Of a stretch of 64,000 nucleotides of DNA, positions 24,541-37,190 are shown in pieces. The notes under the pieces are model-generated. The model was not told the DNA's origin, did not search any database, and saw only the letters and a list, made by a program, of their open reading frames with translations. The translations under genes and the position numbers were made by a program. How positions within the stretch are numbered: the first letter of the stretch is position 1; every line of letters starts with the position of its first letter. The DNA comes from Squalus acanthias. Taxonomy: Eukaryota. The DNA lies in assembly GCA_030390025.1 (NCBI GenBank), contig CM059425.1:176268001-176332000 (forward strand), in the 5' to 3' direction.

Positions 24541-26481
24541 CTACTTGTGCATTATCTTCCTCTTACGCATGCTCCTACGTGGTGCTTCCCCTGTGGCTTT
24601 AGCAGATGTGGAGGCCCCTTGCTCACTCTCTTGCTGCTCCTGCTTCGACACCTTTGGCGGGTGTCCTCTGGGTTTGCGAGCCTGTGAGGGCTTGGCAACA
24701 GTCTGCTGCTCCTGCGGCTGTGCAGGGGTTGAGACGCCGATCTCACTTGGGTGAGGACTCTGGTGGGGCTCTGACCGAGGGCTCTGCAGTGGCATGGTCG
24801 TGTGAGCGCTTGGAGAGGAGCCCCCACTCTTGTTGTCTGCCACCAACATCCCTCTCATGGGTCAGCCCCACTTCAGAGCTAGCAAGTGGCTTGACAGCAA
24901 CTTGCTGCACTGCAGGGGGGCCATGAGGACCCGTTTCTGCACTGGAAGTCCTACTCCAGAGGACTTCCATGAAGGTCTGGTTTCTCTGCTCAATAGCTGA
25001 CCATCGCTCCTCAAGTGATGCCAGTCTATTCTGAACAATGACCATGTTTTCTACATTCTGGTGCCTTAGCTCCTCCATGGCTGTAGCTATCCTCTCCTCT
25101 ACTGTAGCCATCCTTTCCACGGAGGTTGCCATCGTTTCCGTGGTGATGCGTTCATGCGCCAATGCCTCCACAAAGGCTCTGCTCATGTTCGCGCTGGACT
25201 CCTCCATTCGCTCGACACTCGCAGTGATCCTGGAGACAAAACCTGACAGAGACTCCTGCACCTGTTCCTGGAGGTCCAGCACCGCTCTCCTTCTGGATGG
25301 ACCCAGAGGCACAGGGTCGACATGCAGCTGAGCCGAGCTGGCAGAGTCCTGCGCCCTCCGACGAGGACTCTCCACTGCTGTCCCTGTCTCCACCATCTGC
25401 TGATGTTCACATGTGAGCTGTGATACACCAGGTGACAATTCTACTCTATGTCCCGAAGGCTCCCACCGAGGTGTGAGTGTCTGCGCTGGTGCTGGGTGCG
25501 CTTAATTCTGGTGACAGAGCGCCCTCAGAGGTTGCAGCTTCCTCTGAGGAGTCTTGAGGCTCAGGCTCTTCCTCATGGACAGTGGGGACAGGGGCTCTCG
25601 ATGGTCCTGTGGGGGAGTAAAGGAAAGAGTTAGAGCTGTGAGGTCAATGTTACATGCACATTGAATAGTGCAGATGATCATAAATCAATGTGTTAGAGCA
25701 TCAGATTCATTATCAGTGACTCATGCAATGTCAGTGAGAGAGATGCCAAACTATTCTGTCACCAGCTTGCTGTGATGCGCCTGCCTGTCCGTCCCCCACT
25801 TGGGAATCCTCCTTGATCCTGGTGATTTCCAGGGCCGCCTCCTCCTTAATGGTGAGCTGGGCTACTGAGGGTGGCCCTCCTCCTGTCCTCGCTCTTTCCC
25901 TCTTATTGTGGGCTCTCTTTTTCTGCAATGAGGGACAGAAGTGGAGTTTGAGTGAGAATGAAGGAGTGAATGAAGAGAATCCATAGCATAGATGCTTAGA
26001 AGGATACCAAGGGCCCTCCCTGTGTGTTGTAAGTTGTTGTCATTGCATCACAGTGATAGAAAGTGTGAGGGCTGCATGGTAGAATAGTTGAGTGAATGTG
26101 ACCATAGAGAGAGAGGGAATGGGTAAGGGTGCAAGGATGTCAGTGTCAAGTGGGATGTGGAGGAAGAGGTTGGCAAAGCAGAGTGCTGGTGAGGAGAGGC
26201 GATGGGGATGAGATTGAGGGTGATGAGAAAGTCATACTCACTTTTCCTGTGCGGAGAAGGTCATGAAACCTCTTCCTGCACTGCAGCCAGGTTCTGCGGA
26301 ACATAGAGATGGCATTGACCTCCCGGGCCACTTGCAGCCACACAGCTTTAGTTTGTTGTGGTGGTATTTTTCTCCCTGAGTAAGGGAAGAGCACCTCCTT
26401 ATTGGTTCTTGCTCCCTGCACCAGAGCTTGGAGGGAGGGCTCATCAAATCGTGGAGCACATTTTTGCCTGCTGGTGGACAT
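24541..26481 (-). pseudogene. Harbinger Myb/SANT-like DNA-binding protein gene, 3 exons (26481-26242, 25922-25763, 25606-24541), frameshifted in exon 3
   Basis: Exon 1 APRFDEPSLQALV..VLFP..W.QVAREVNA..RTWLQCRKRFHDL (trihelix/Myb); GT-AG splice sites with matching phases 0 and 1; exon 2 KKRAHNKRERARTGGGPP; coiled-coil-like middle; C-terminus RKPRGHPPK..RRSMRKRK; frameshifts near 25450 and between ~24750 and 24860. Confidence 0.88.
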
Positions 26482-26794
26482 ATTCGTACAATAAATTCCT
26501 CAGTACAATCAGCATAAAGATTGCAGTCTCCAGAAGAAGCAAGGCTGCTTGCAGGCCTTAAAAGCAGCAGCACTGATGACATCATCGGAGGCGATTTTCT
26601 GGATGGAAAGACTCATTGGGCCTGGGGTTCCCACACGCTGGAACTCAAGTGCCCAATTAAGGGAAAATCACACTTTATTCCCACATCACATCGGAGTCGG
26701 GGACCTGACAGGGAAACCACCTGAAACGCCCCAGCCTGCCCACACTGGCAAAATCCAGCCCATAGTGTCTGTTTACTTGTATGTGTGACTTACG

Positions 26795-28356
26795 GGGCTG
26801 GACTTTACGAACCTCGGCGGGTCCATGGCAGGCGACGTCGGCGGCGGGTCCCAGTCTCGCAGCTGGCTCCAGCCCACTGTCCAAAAGGATTTCCCCCTGA
26901 TTGGGTTTGTTAAGCCTGCCCACTGTGTTTGCCGGCCAATTGAAGGAAGTGGGTTTGATGACATCATTTTATGACGTTTCATCAGCCAGTTTCCTTAAAG
27001 GGACCATGCGCAAATTTACTTTGACATTTGTGCTGTCAGTGTTCTACAGCATTGAGGTGCTGCAAACATTGACAATCACTGCACAGAGGTGCACGGCTGC
27101 ACGCAGGCTCTCCCATGACTCCCTCCATATGCTTATGGAGGGAGTCACAGCATGCAGGGAGGTCCTCTTCCCTTCCAATGGGTAGAGGAACCTCTGCAGG
27201 AGATCAACACAGCCTGGTTGCACATTGCACAGGAGGCCACAAGCAGGGATGTCGTTGGGAGGACCTGAGTGTAGTGGCGCAAACCTTTTAATGATCTCAG
27301 TAGATCACGAAACATTACTGCAAAGCCACACTCAACCTCATCCTGCTGTGCCACTCATCACATCCCCATCACTCTGTCTTCCCTACCCTACTCCTGCATA
27401 ACCTTACTCACACCAACTTACCTTGCACCTCCACCCATCCCTCTCTATATCTACATTATCACTTCTCCATCTCACTAGCCACCCCTCCCACTCACCCTCA
27501 TCCTAGTGCAATCATACCAACTAACAACACATAAGGGTAGGCACTTGGGTGTTTTATGCAATGTTCATGTAAAGTTTCTGTAAATGTGGTGTCAACATTG
27601 AAACCTTTATTTTCAACACTTTGCGTTCTTGGACAGATTTGTGTGCACCTTTGGAAGTGGCTTAGTGAGTTGCAGTGAATGGTGAGACGTGTGGGTGGCG
27701 GAGCGGGCCCAGGGGCTGAGTGGCCGGGTCCTGCTCCTACTTCTTGTGTTCTTTAGATTTGAGGTTAGGATCAGATCAGCCATGATCTTATTGAATGGCG
27801 GAGCAGGCTCGAGGGGCCGATTGGCCTACTCCTGCTCCTATTTCTTATGTTCTTATGTTCTTACATAACGGTACCCCCCGCAATGGTGATGAGTGTGAAA
27901 GGAATGGCTTGGGCATTGTAGGGATGCTTTATGGTGCTGGTGTGGGGTGGTGCCAACCTGGCGCATCATGTGGCAGCCAGGGTGTACAGCGTCAAGTGAA
28001 GTAAATCTGGCCATGGTGAGGCCATCCCTAGCTTCCCAGGCAGCAATGTGGTCGGGTGCTGATGCCCTGTGTCCTGTGCAGCATCAGTTGATTGCGGAGT
28101 TGATTGGTGTTGTTGTTGGTGCTGCTGGTGTGCCTGGTGCTGCTGGTGTTGGGACTGATCATGGTGGGATTCTGAGGACCAAGGTGAGAGAGTATAAATC
28201 GTACCCATTCTGATGTAATAGATGGCAGGTGAAGTAGAGATGACAGAAGCGATCTGTCAATGGTGAGAGAGATTGTTCCGACCCGCTGTCAACAAAAAAC
28301 ATTTCCCACCTAACCCGCCACCGATCGCGCCCGCTGACCCCCCGGAAAATTCCCCC
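26795..28356 (+). mobile_element. Non-autonomous Harbinger family C copy (Myb exon 1 remnant +, transposase N-terminus -)
   Basis: Ends gggctggacttt / aaaattccccc; ARRLSHDSLHMLMEGV..EVLFP; minus ORF MGTIYTLSPWSSESHHDQSQHQQ; second copy starts at 37869. Confidence 0.8.
27690..27865 (+). mobile_element. CR1 3'UTR tail, doubled in tandem
   Basis: Two successive ggcggagc..gg..cctgctccta stem-loops ending in (ttcttatg)n. Confidence 0.8.
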
Positions 28357-28812
28357 ACTGTTTCTGGACTGTACCTAAATATGGTGATGCATTTTCCTGT
28401 GGATTCAGCTATCATTGATATATTTATGTAGCAGATATATTAATTTGTAAAATGCAACAATCCTGAGGGGCTATGCTGTGGGAAGGTAAAGTTGTGCCTC
28501 CTCCTACCGCTGGGAAAAGAGCAAAGTTAGTTTAATACGGCAAGACCTAGAGTTTATTGAAGAGAAAGCGATGAGAGTCGATGTACTCCACGTTGCTGAT
28601 ATGGACCATTTTTATAATACCTGTCTGAAATATCACTCGTGCCACCAGGCTAGAACTGTGCGTAACATACAAGCGAAAGCATAGTGCAGATCCCCTCCCG
28701 ACCAGTCTAGGCAACGAAAGCGTGCCTTTACCATCTGATGGTCGTCTTTGGATAATGATCCCCACTAACGAGGAGCCCGAACAGCAACAAAGGAATGCTA
28801 CAGTGATGCATA

Positions 28813-29020
28813 AACTAGCTGTTAACAGGCAGATAAGTGGCACTAATTCCCTTCCCGCCTCCAAGGAGACAGGACCCACCGTGGGTCGGCTACCCGCCTC
28901 CTGGCAAGATGGCACGGAGGCGAGTTGGGAGCGGGTTGGGCACCCGCCCCCAGATTCTGCCATTTTCCTGGCAGTCCCGCCTCCATACCCGCCTCCCCAG
29001 GGCTGGCAAGATAGCGCCCT
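28813..29020. mobile_element. Right-end fragment of the 5119-5913 MITE family
   Basis: cagtcccgcctccatacccgcctccccagggctggcaa is identical to 5866-5903. Confidence 0.75.
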
Positions 29021-29375
29021 CAATATCAGCCTCGTTGGCTGTTCCCTGTACTGCTTCCAGGGTTTCCCTTCTGTCACAGTGACCAGGTCTGGACACAGTA
29101 CTCGAGATAATTTTCTGATTTCACACTCTTTTGGGGAGCCTTGCCTGCCGGTAGTGCATATCAGAAATTTGGCTGCAAACTGTGCATGATTATGAATTTA
29201 AATTAATAACTGGCACTGTGCACCATCAAATTTCTGATATACACGACTGAACGGCAAGCTGCTCCCCTCCCCAGCAGCACTAAATCAGAAAATTACTTTA
29301 AGGCTCCGTCCTGCCAGAACACTATACAGATTGAGCATGACTTCCTCTAACATATACTCTACTGTTTTGCCTTTT

Positions 29376-29842
29376 GTCAGCTGTGGCTCAGTGGGTAGCA
29401 CTCTCACCTCTGAGTCAGAAGGTTGTGGGTTCACAGTCCCACTCCAGAGGCTTGAGCACAAAAATCTAGGCTGACACTCCAGTGCAGTGCTGAGGGAGTG
29501 CTGCACTGTCGGAGGTGCCGTCTTTCAGATGAGACATTAAACCGAGACCCCGTCTGCTCTCTCAGGTGGACGCAAAAGATCCCATGGCACTATTTCGAAG
29601 AGCAGGGGAGTTCTCCCCGCTGTCCTGGCCAATATTTTTCCCTCAATCAACTTAACAAAATCAGATTATCTGGTCATGATCACATTGCTGTTGTGGGAGC
29701 TTGCTGTGCGCAAATTGGCTGCCACGTTTCCTACATTACAACAGTGACTACACTCCAAAAGTACTTCATTGGCTGTAAAGTGCTTTGGGACGCCCGGTGG
29801 TCGTGAAAGGCGCTGTAGAAATGCAAGTCTTTCTTTTCTTTC
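29376..29842 (+). mobile_element. Full-length DeuSINE (SacSINE1-like)
   Basis: tRNA-like head gtggctcagtgggtagcactct...ggttcacagtccc (Pol III A/B-like boxes), Deu core and (tttc)n tail. Confidence 0.9.
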
Positions 29843-30657
29843 CATTGGAATTTGCGGTGGGTAGTAACAGCGAATGCTGTTTGTTCGCTGTTATTACCCA
29901 CCGCAAATTCCAATAGAATGAAAGAAAAGAAAGACTTGCCTTAGAAACTGACCGCAACTTCAGGATTTAACGCATGTGCATACTAATGCGGAAATTCTGA
30001 AGTTGCGGTCAGTCATTCACTGCTCCGACACTGACTGCACTGTGGCCACACCTCCCCCGCCCCCTCCCCATAGCCGGCAATCAGTGTAATCAGGAGAATC
30101 AGTCAAACTGATGGAAACTTGGGCTTTTCCACAGTAATATCGCTGTTAAATACCCATTAAAAGTTAGACCTTGTTGAATAGGTTTAACTGGAGTTTTAAC
30201 AGCTTATTGACTGCTAGACAAATGTTATGCATTGAAAGACTAATTTTACTTTTGTGGAGTGTCAAATTTTAAATTTTTACAAAAATTACAATTCTTAAGA
30301 AACTTTAAAAAAAATTAGATTTTTAAAAAGTTTGTTTATATTTATTTCAGGTTTACCTTTTCCCCATGTGAACGCTCCAATCATTGTTTTGCTCTCTAAC
30401 ATTTTTTAAATGTCAGAATAAAAGCAGCTTCCTGGTTCCCTGGCTGTGAAAATACTGCATTGTGATTGGCTGAATAGACAGTTTGTTGACGTCACAGCAA
30501 CTCGTACTATGGGATTCCTACTACACCACACTGATCTCATTTGAATGTCGAAAAAGCCAAACTTCTCGCCACAGAGATCGCGAGATCTTTGTGGGCTGCT
30601 TTCTTCGGGTCAAGCTGTGAATGCCTTTGCTTCGCCACTGACCGCAAATTACAGGCC
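29842..30657. mobile_element. Harbinger-type MITE with rearranged left end
   Basis: Left ccattggaatttgcggt vs right accgcaaattacaggcc; AT-rich core. Confidence 0.65.
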
Positions 30658-30998
30658 AATATTAAGTTCACCATTCTGTTTGCTTTGTTGATAGCTACGC
30701 TTCAGTGATTGGACATGTTATCTATTAAGTTTACTGAAAATCCTAGATCTTCATTTTTAGCTAGTCCAACACTATTCATGGTGTATAGGTGTTTCCCATT
30801 TTTTTTCTCTAAGTGCAATGCTCTGGGAGTTTAATTAGTGGTTATTGGCAAGCACGCACAAGGTAGTTCTGACCCACCTATAGACAGGATAGTTTGAGGT
30901 CCATTTAGGTTTTGTCCTGAATCCAGGTTTCAACAATATGCTCATTGGTTTTGCACGGAGCAGAAGCCCTCTAACCATACAGTTTCACATAAAATAAT

Positions 30999-31732
30999 GG
31001 CCCTGAAATTGCGGTCGAAGGCATACCTTCGGAGTACGCCTCCAACCTGTGAAATATTTCCGAACTTACCTCCAGGCTCCCAGGCTGCGGAGAGTTTGGG
31101 TCTCGGGCCTGCAGACGTACACCTGCGAAATAGCCCACTGATCCCAGGGACGCAGGCGGTTCAGAAGCGTCCCTGGGACCACGTGGGCCAGGTCCTCCAA
31201 TCACAAAGCAGTAATTTCCTAAAGGAATCCCTAATGACATGCCATGGAATCCCTAAATAATTAAACAATTTAGGCAATTCTAAAAAATATAAATGTTCTG
31301 ATTTTCAAGTTTAATTAAAAGTCCCTTCATTACACTAAATCCAATAAAAATTTTATTTTTGAAAAATAATTTTAAACATTTTAATCTGGGCCAATATTTG
31401 CAAAAACTAATTTTAAGTGTCTGTGCATCATGTTTTATTTTTAAATGTTTGATTTAAGATTTATAATAACCCTTACGCTGATGAAAGCAGGCCCTACGTC
31501 TGCTTTACCAGCCATAAGAGTTGTGTGGGCAATTGCTGGACAGTTGTTGGGCAAATAGCCCAACTCTGTGCCAGCGAGACTGATTTTCCAGTCGCTTCAT
31601 ATGATCTGTCGAGGCGAACCTTGACAGATTGCAAGTTCCGGGTTTTCATGGATGCTGTGGAAACCTGGATTGTGGAGCCAAACAGAAGGATTAGGAAGCG
31701 TTCACCGTCGAGGACACCGCAGTTTCTGCCTC
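30999..31732. mobile_element. Harbinger-type MITE
   Basis: Ends ggccctgaaattgcggt / accgcagtttctgcctc, TSD AAT; shares gaagcgtcc(c)ctggga.cacgtgggcca with 47302-48045. Confidence 0.75.
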
Positions 31733-31859
31733 AATATAAACATATTTTTCAAAGTAGTTATGTTTAAGCAAATATCCATTAGCTTATGATTGATAGTTTG
31801 GCAGATCTGTCATCTGAATCATTGTTAAGTATATGCTAATACGTGACTGTGATTAAAAA

Positions 31860-32050
31860 TGGAACATTTATGCCTGAAAAGTTCGCAGATGATACGAAAT
31901 TTTGAAACATAGTAGATAGTGATGAGGATAGTTGTAGACTTTAGGATGACATAGACAGGATGGTGAAATGGGCAGAAACATGGCAGATGGAGTTCAATGC
32001 GGAGAAGTGTGAAGTGATGAACATTAGGAGGACTAAAATGAAAAGACAAT
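31860..32050 (+). mobile_element. CR1 RT fragment
   Basis: aagttcgcagatgatacgaaa (KFADDTK), LQ/xDDIDRMVKWAETWQMEFNAEKCEVM. Confidence 0.8.
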
Positions 32051-34858
32051 GGCCTAGAAATTGGATAACATAGAAAAAATGGGCGCCGGCACAGCGATAC
32101 GAGATATGCCCGCGCACGTTCAAGGAGTGCAGGCATAACGTCAACTTTGTGCTGCCTGCTGATTATAATGATTGTAGCGCACAGCCTAGCGCTGAATGCG
32201 CTGCTGACAGGCTGTGCGCTCAGCAGGGGACCAAAGTTCATGTTGTTTGAGTGAGGCTAGCTTTCCTTAAAGCTACCCGGATCCTCTTAAAGGCAGGCTG
32301 CCCCTCTTAAAGGTGCTGCTGATGAAAAATGGTAAAAGTGCTTCAGCAGTAACACAAATGGCTCAACAAGTCAGGGAATGGACACACAGGGTCTTGCACA
32401 CAGCAATCCAGCTTTGTGCAGAAGGTCAACACTGCAAGAGAGGTCCTCTACCCACAGAGACCATGAGGCCCTCCAGAAAGAACGATGTGGGACCACATCA
32501 CCGAGGCCGTCACTGCCAGCAGTGTCACCCCCAGGACCTGGCTCCAGTGCCCAAAGAAGCTTCATGACCTCAGACCAGTGGTCAAGGTCAGTGAATGCAT
32601 CTTCAAAAGTTATCTCTTACCAACTGCACCACTAGCTTCGCACACTGCTCATTGCATGACCCCCACCCCCAAACACTCACCTACCAACAATCTGTACCAA
32701 ACACGAGGCACACCTCCCATTCCTAGCTTCACCTCACCCCATTGGAGGAGACGGTGCTGGCCATTCTTGGCAGTGGCATGGCTGAGCCCTTGGCCAGCAG
32801 CAGGGCAGAAAGGATACAACATGCCGGTATCCTCATACGTTATCTTTCTTCTCACATCCCACTTCCCCCTCATCCCACAATATCTTCTGATTTACAAGCT
32901 GCACATGGTGTAAGCATGCACCTCTTGCTTTCCCGCCCTCCCTTCACCACAACTCCACCCTTGTGCCTTCCTCATTTCACACACCCAAGAAATCCAGCCT
33001 GCCCAGCCTGTGGGTGACCAAGAAGAGGGAGAGGAGAGTGAAGAAGAAGAAGAAGAAACATCATTACTCGATTTCACATTCCCAGCCACCAGCTCTTCGA
33101 GGTCGTCCTGCAAGGTCATCTGCAGTGTCCCCCACTGAATGTCAGCAGCCTTCCACCAGCCATGCTGCAGCCACTGGGGTAGCACTGTGTAACATCAGTA
33201 GGATAGGCAAAAGCATACGTAAGATTGTCACTAAGGGAATGCGCAAGGATAATTAGTTGATTTCTTGATGTCATATTGGATGTGTATATGGATAAAGTTA
33301 GATTGAAAAGTTTGCTTTGTGGTGGCTTTTATTTCTGCATTGTGGCCAAGAGGACACTGTGATGGTCAGTAACAGAGGGAAAGTAAGGTGTGGGACAAAT
33401 GTTGAAAGGGGAATTGGGTTTGTGTTCACTGATACCGCAGGCAGATGATTCCATCGCGGATATCCCAGCCAGAAAGGGGCTGTCTGGGTTGCATCCTTCC
33501 TTCTGCTTCCTCCTCTTCTGTTTCTTCCTCTTCTGCATCTTCCTCTTCCCTCTGCGAGCGGATGCTGAAAAACTGAAATAAAAGCAGAAAATTCTGGAAA
33601 TACTCAGCAGATCAGGCAGCATCTTGACCCGAGACGTTAACTCTGTTTCTCTCTCCACGGATGCTGCCTGACCTGCTGAGTAGTTCCAGCATTTTCTGTC
33701 TTCTCAGAGGCCTTCCTTTACCATCTGAAGCCTTGCAAGCATCCAGCAGCACTCCCTGCACACTTTAAAAACTTTTAACATCTATTGCACCAAGCCACTA
33801 CTTCAATAAAATATTAATAAAAAGTCTAAAAGCTTAAATTCAAACTTACCTGAAAGATGTGTGTGTCCCTTTAAGAAGCACTGACAGTGGACTGGATTTT
33901 CATTGACCCATGGAGGTGGGTTTGGAGGCGTGTGGGGGGTTAAAATTGCAAAAACTGGCGGGCGGGCACAAGCCCGCCTCCATGCAATTTTCATTAAATC
34001 GTGTCTGCTGGTCCTGACTCCGTCCCGCCTCTAAGAGGCGGGATAGGCTGTTAAGGCTCTTAACAAGCACCAAATTGCCTCTATAATGCCATTTTGAAAG
34101 GTCTTTGTGATTTTAACCCTTTTTCTACGTGAAGCATGCTTGTTCTGAACCATGAATGTAAAACCTGGCGGGAGCACATTTGGCTGGCTGGCTGGCTGGC
34201 TGGATGGATGGATGGATGGATGGATACATACATATCTGGGAGTGGTGGTGCAAAAATATCTGGGAGTGGTGGTGCAAAAATATCTGGGAGCAGACTTAGG
34301 GCTGCTGTTGCTCATTTTGCATCTAGGTCCTCTCACAGCAAAGGCCAGGCAGTCTTTGCAGACCTTCAATGCAGCAGCAATGATGACATCATCAGAGGCG
34401 ACTTTCAGACTGAAAACACTAATTGGTTCATGGGTTCCCACATGCTGGAACTCAATTGCCCAATTAGGTGAAAATCGCATCAATCCCACATCCAATTGCA
34501 GTCGGGTGGATAACACGAAAAGTGGATAACACGACCCCAACCTGCCCCAGTATCAAAATCCAGCCCAGTGTCTCTGCAGGGCTGCTTCACACACTCTTTT
34601 TTCTGTGCATGGTTAGGACCCAGCGTAATGGTGAGCGAAAACGTCCAAATTAGTATCCGTTGTGTCAAGTCTGGCGTTGCACGCGATTGATGTCACGATC
34701 TGCTAATTTACATTTCAGAGGCCTACGCTGTCAACGGCAGCACTATGGCCCTTACCAAAATGGCGGCAGCCGTGTCCTGTGCCGGAAGTGAGGTGGCCAC
34801 CATTATTTCAAGAGAAATGGCGTTAACGGTCGCCGCTAATGTAGGGAATTTCCTGGCC
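32051..34858 (+). mobile_element. Non-autonomous Harbinger family B copy with nested MITE
   Basis: Ends ggcctagaaatt / aatttcctggcc; 32320-33890 collinear with 20450-21945. Confidence 0.85.
33889..34566. mobile_element. Harbinger MITE (same family as 18277-18927), nested
   Basis: TIR ggactggatttt / aaaatccagccc, TSD AGT; internal (ggct)n(ggat)n microsatellite and 24-bp atatctgggagtggtggtgcaaaa repeat. Confidence 0.92.
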
Positions 34859-35749
34859 AGAAATTCTATGAATTGGTCAATTCATTTCAATTCCTTTATT
34901 ACTAGTAACAGAATTAGGGGTTAAAAACCTATGTTCACACAGAAAATAGATAGCCCTATTAGGTTGACTGAAAGGACTTCGTTGAATGAAAAATTGTGAT
35001 CAGCAATTCCATTTTTTTTTGCGGATAATAGTTTAGTATGTTAATTAATTAAATGGTCAAGCTTTTCATTTCAAGGTTCCTGAACCCATTGGAGTTCCCA
35101 GCCTGCTCCTCCAGCATTTTCCATCTTTGAATATTAAGAGATGGCAACCAATCTATGTAATTAAAGAATAATGTCTGACATATCTCCAGGTCAGTTTTAG
35201 CTTGGTTTATAGCTTGAGTCTTGGTTGCATGTGGTACATTCCAGTAAGCCAGTGTGCAGTGACAATGGTTCTCTGTTCAATCACAGAGTCCCACTATTGT
35301 TTACCTAGATATTGAGCAGGGGAAGACACACTCTGAATCATAAGGTACATGAAGTCTGCTTAGTGGAGTGGTCAGTGATACAATCAGAGTAGACTAGTGT
35401 AAAAACCAAAAAATGTAATAGTGGCACATAATGAAAACCTTCTTAAAACATAGACTAATGTTACAGTCTATGTACAAATACTTGCTGTCAATAGCATGTC
35501 TGTGACTTCCATTTTGTGGATTGTTTCATTATTCTGTGAGAAATATATTTTCCCGAGATTATCTGCAGATCCTAGTTGAGAGCACGGTGTGTATGGGTGC
35601 TACAAGTTGTCTTCTCACAAGGCTGTGTCACACAATGATTTTTTTATGTAAATCAGGGCAGTGCAGATAATTATCACCAAGTTTAATGATCAATCAGTAT
35701 TGTGATGCTTTGTCTCCATTATTTTGGTGAAAGGGTGAAAACAGATGCT

Positions 35750-37190
35750 AATTGGGTGCTGTGCTAATAAGACATGCCTGTTTGAAAGTCTGGTTTTAGC
35801 TCGCAATTTTGGGGCTAATTGATGGTTACCATGATTTGAACTTGCCTGGAGGCGCTAAAACAGACACCTGCAGGTTTAACACTCAAGTGCTGATTAGAAG
35901 CAATTTTTATGGAGCGGTGTATGTGGGCTCCACGCATCCAATTCCACTGAAGGTGTGGAGTGCGCTGGTTGACACACAGCGGCAGGTTTCAGGATGGCTC
36001 AGGGTGCACAGGTTCTCGGACACAGCTCTGGAGGTCCTGGTGGAGGAGGTCCAGAGGAGGAGGGATGTCCTGTACCCGAAGGGGGAAAGGAGCCCACCTC
36101 ATCCTCCTGTCTCTTCTATCCCTCTCTCCTGCAGCAGCTGGTGCTGCTCTGCCTGGCCTCATGTCTTTCTCTCATTCCTCCTGCAGACCAAGCACTCCCT
36201 TTCTCCTGGTGACTCCTGTAAGGTGTCCAATAAGGTAGAGTAGCACAGCACTTACTCTCTTTTGATGAAGTCCACAGAGAATTTTTGTAATAAATGTTGA
36301 TAAGAGTGTTGGTGAAGTCTTGTCCCAGAAAGTCTTGCGATGTGTCTCAATAATCCTCATTAAACCTCCAGCAGCAAGTGAACAGTGAAATCTGACCATA
36401 GCTTTAAGTAGTGCTCGAAATCCTCAGCAACAACTTGTTTTTTAAAATTTATTCATGGGAGCTGGGCGTCGCTGGCAAGGCCAGCATTTGTAGCCCATCC
36501 CTAATTGTCCTCGAGAAGGTGATGGTGAGCCGCCTTCTTGAAGCGCTGCAGTCCGTGAGGTGAGGGTACTGCCGCAGTGAGTATGCTTCTTTGTAGCAGT
36601 TTGGTACAACTAAGTGGCTTGTTAAGGGTCAACCAACATTGCTGTGGGTCTGGAGTCACATATAGGCCAGACCGGGTAAGAACGGCAGATTTTCTTCCCT
36701 AAAGGACATTAGTGAACCAGATGGGTTTTTACGACAATCCGGTAGTTTCATGGTCACCATTACTGATGCTAGTTTTTTATTGCAGATTTATTTTTAATTA
36801 ACAGAATTTAAATTCCCCAGCTACCGTGGTGGGATCTAAATTCACGTCCCCAGATCATTAGTCCAGGCCTCTGGATTACTAGTCCAGTAACATAACCATT
36901 ATGCTACCGTTTACTCCTGTTCAGCTTGTCGCTGTTAGGAGAGGTCGTTAATTGAAGTGCTAGCCACCAAAATGCCATGCAGCCTCTTTAATGAGCCCCA
37001 GCGGGCAATTTAATTATAAATCAGACCCTTAATAATCCTCTGGGCGGCCGTTCCTAGTGCGCGCTTCAACGCCTTTACCAATATGGCATCTTGTGCTAAA
37101 CATGGGCCAAACCGGCGATGCAGCTCAAGACCCGTAGCTTGGCCACTTTGGAGGCTCTTTAGCGCCTAATGTATCTGCAGAAAATCCCCC
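35750..37190 (+). mobile_element. Degraded Harbinger derivative with Myb exon 1 remnant, interrupted by a SINE
   Basis: RVHRFSDTALEVLVEEVQRRRDVLYP at ~36000-36080; right end gaaaatccccc; boundaries approximate. Confidence 0.6.
36440..36910 (-). mobile_element. tRNA-derived SINE with conserved central domain and LINE-derived 3' tail
   Basis: Minus-strand head ggtagcataatggttatgttactggactagtaatccag...; 3' ~110 nt matches the 3' end of LINE 61101-63046. Confidence 0.85.

Larger units (their letters stand above)
22539..26761 (+). mobile_element. Full-length PIF/Harbinger DNA transposon (4223 bp), coding regions mutated
   Basis: TIR gggctcgattttgccag / ctggcaaaatccagccc (16 of 17 match), TSD ATA, convergent transposase and Myb/SANT genes. 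Confidence 0.96.

Noticed and set aside
29380..29450. tRNA gene
   Set aside because: It is the tRNA-derived head of a SINE, continuous with the Deu core; no complete cloverleaf.
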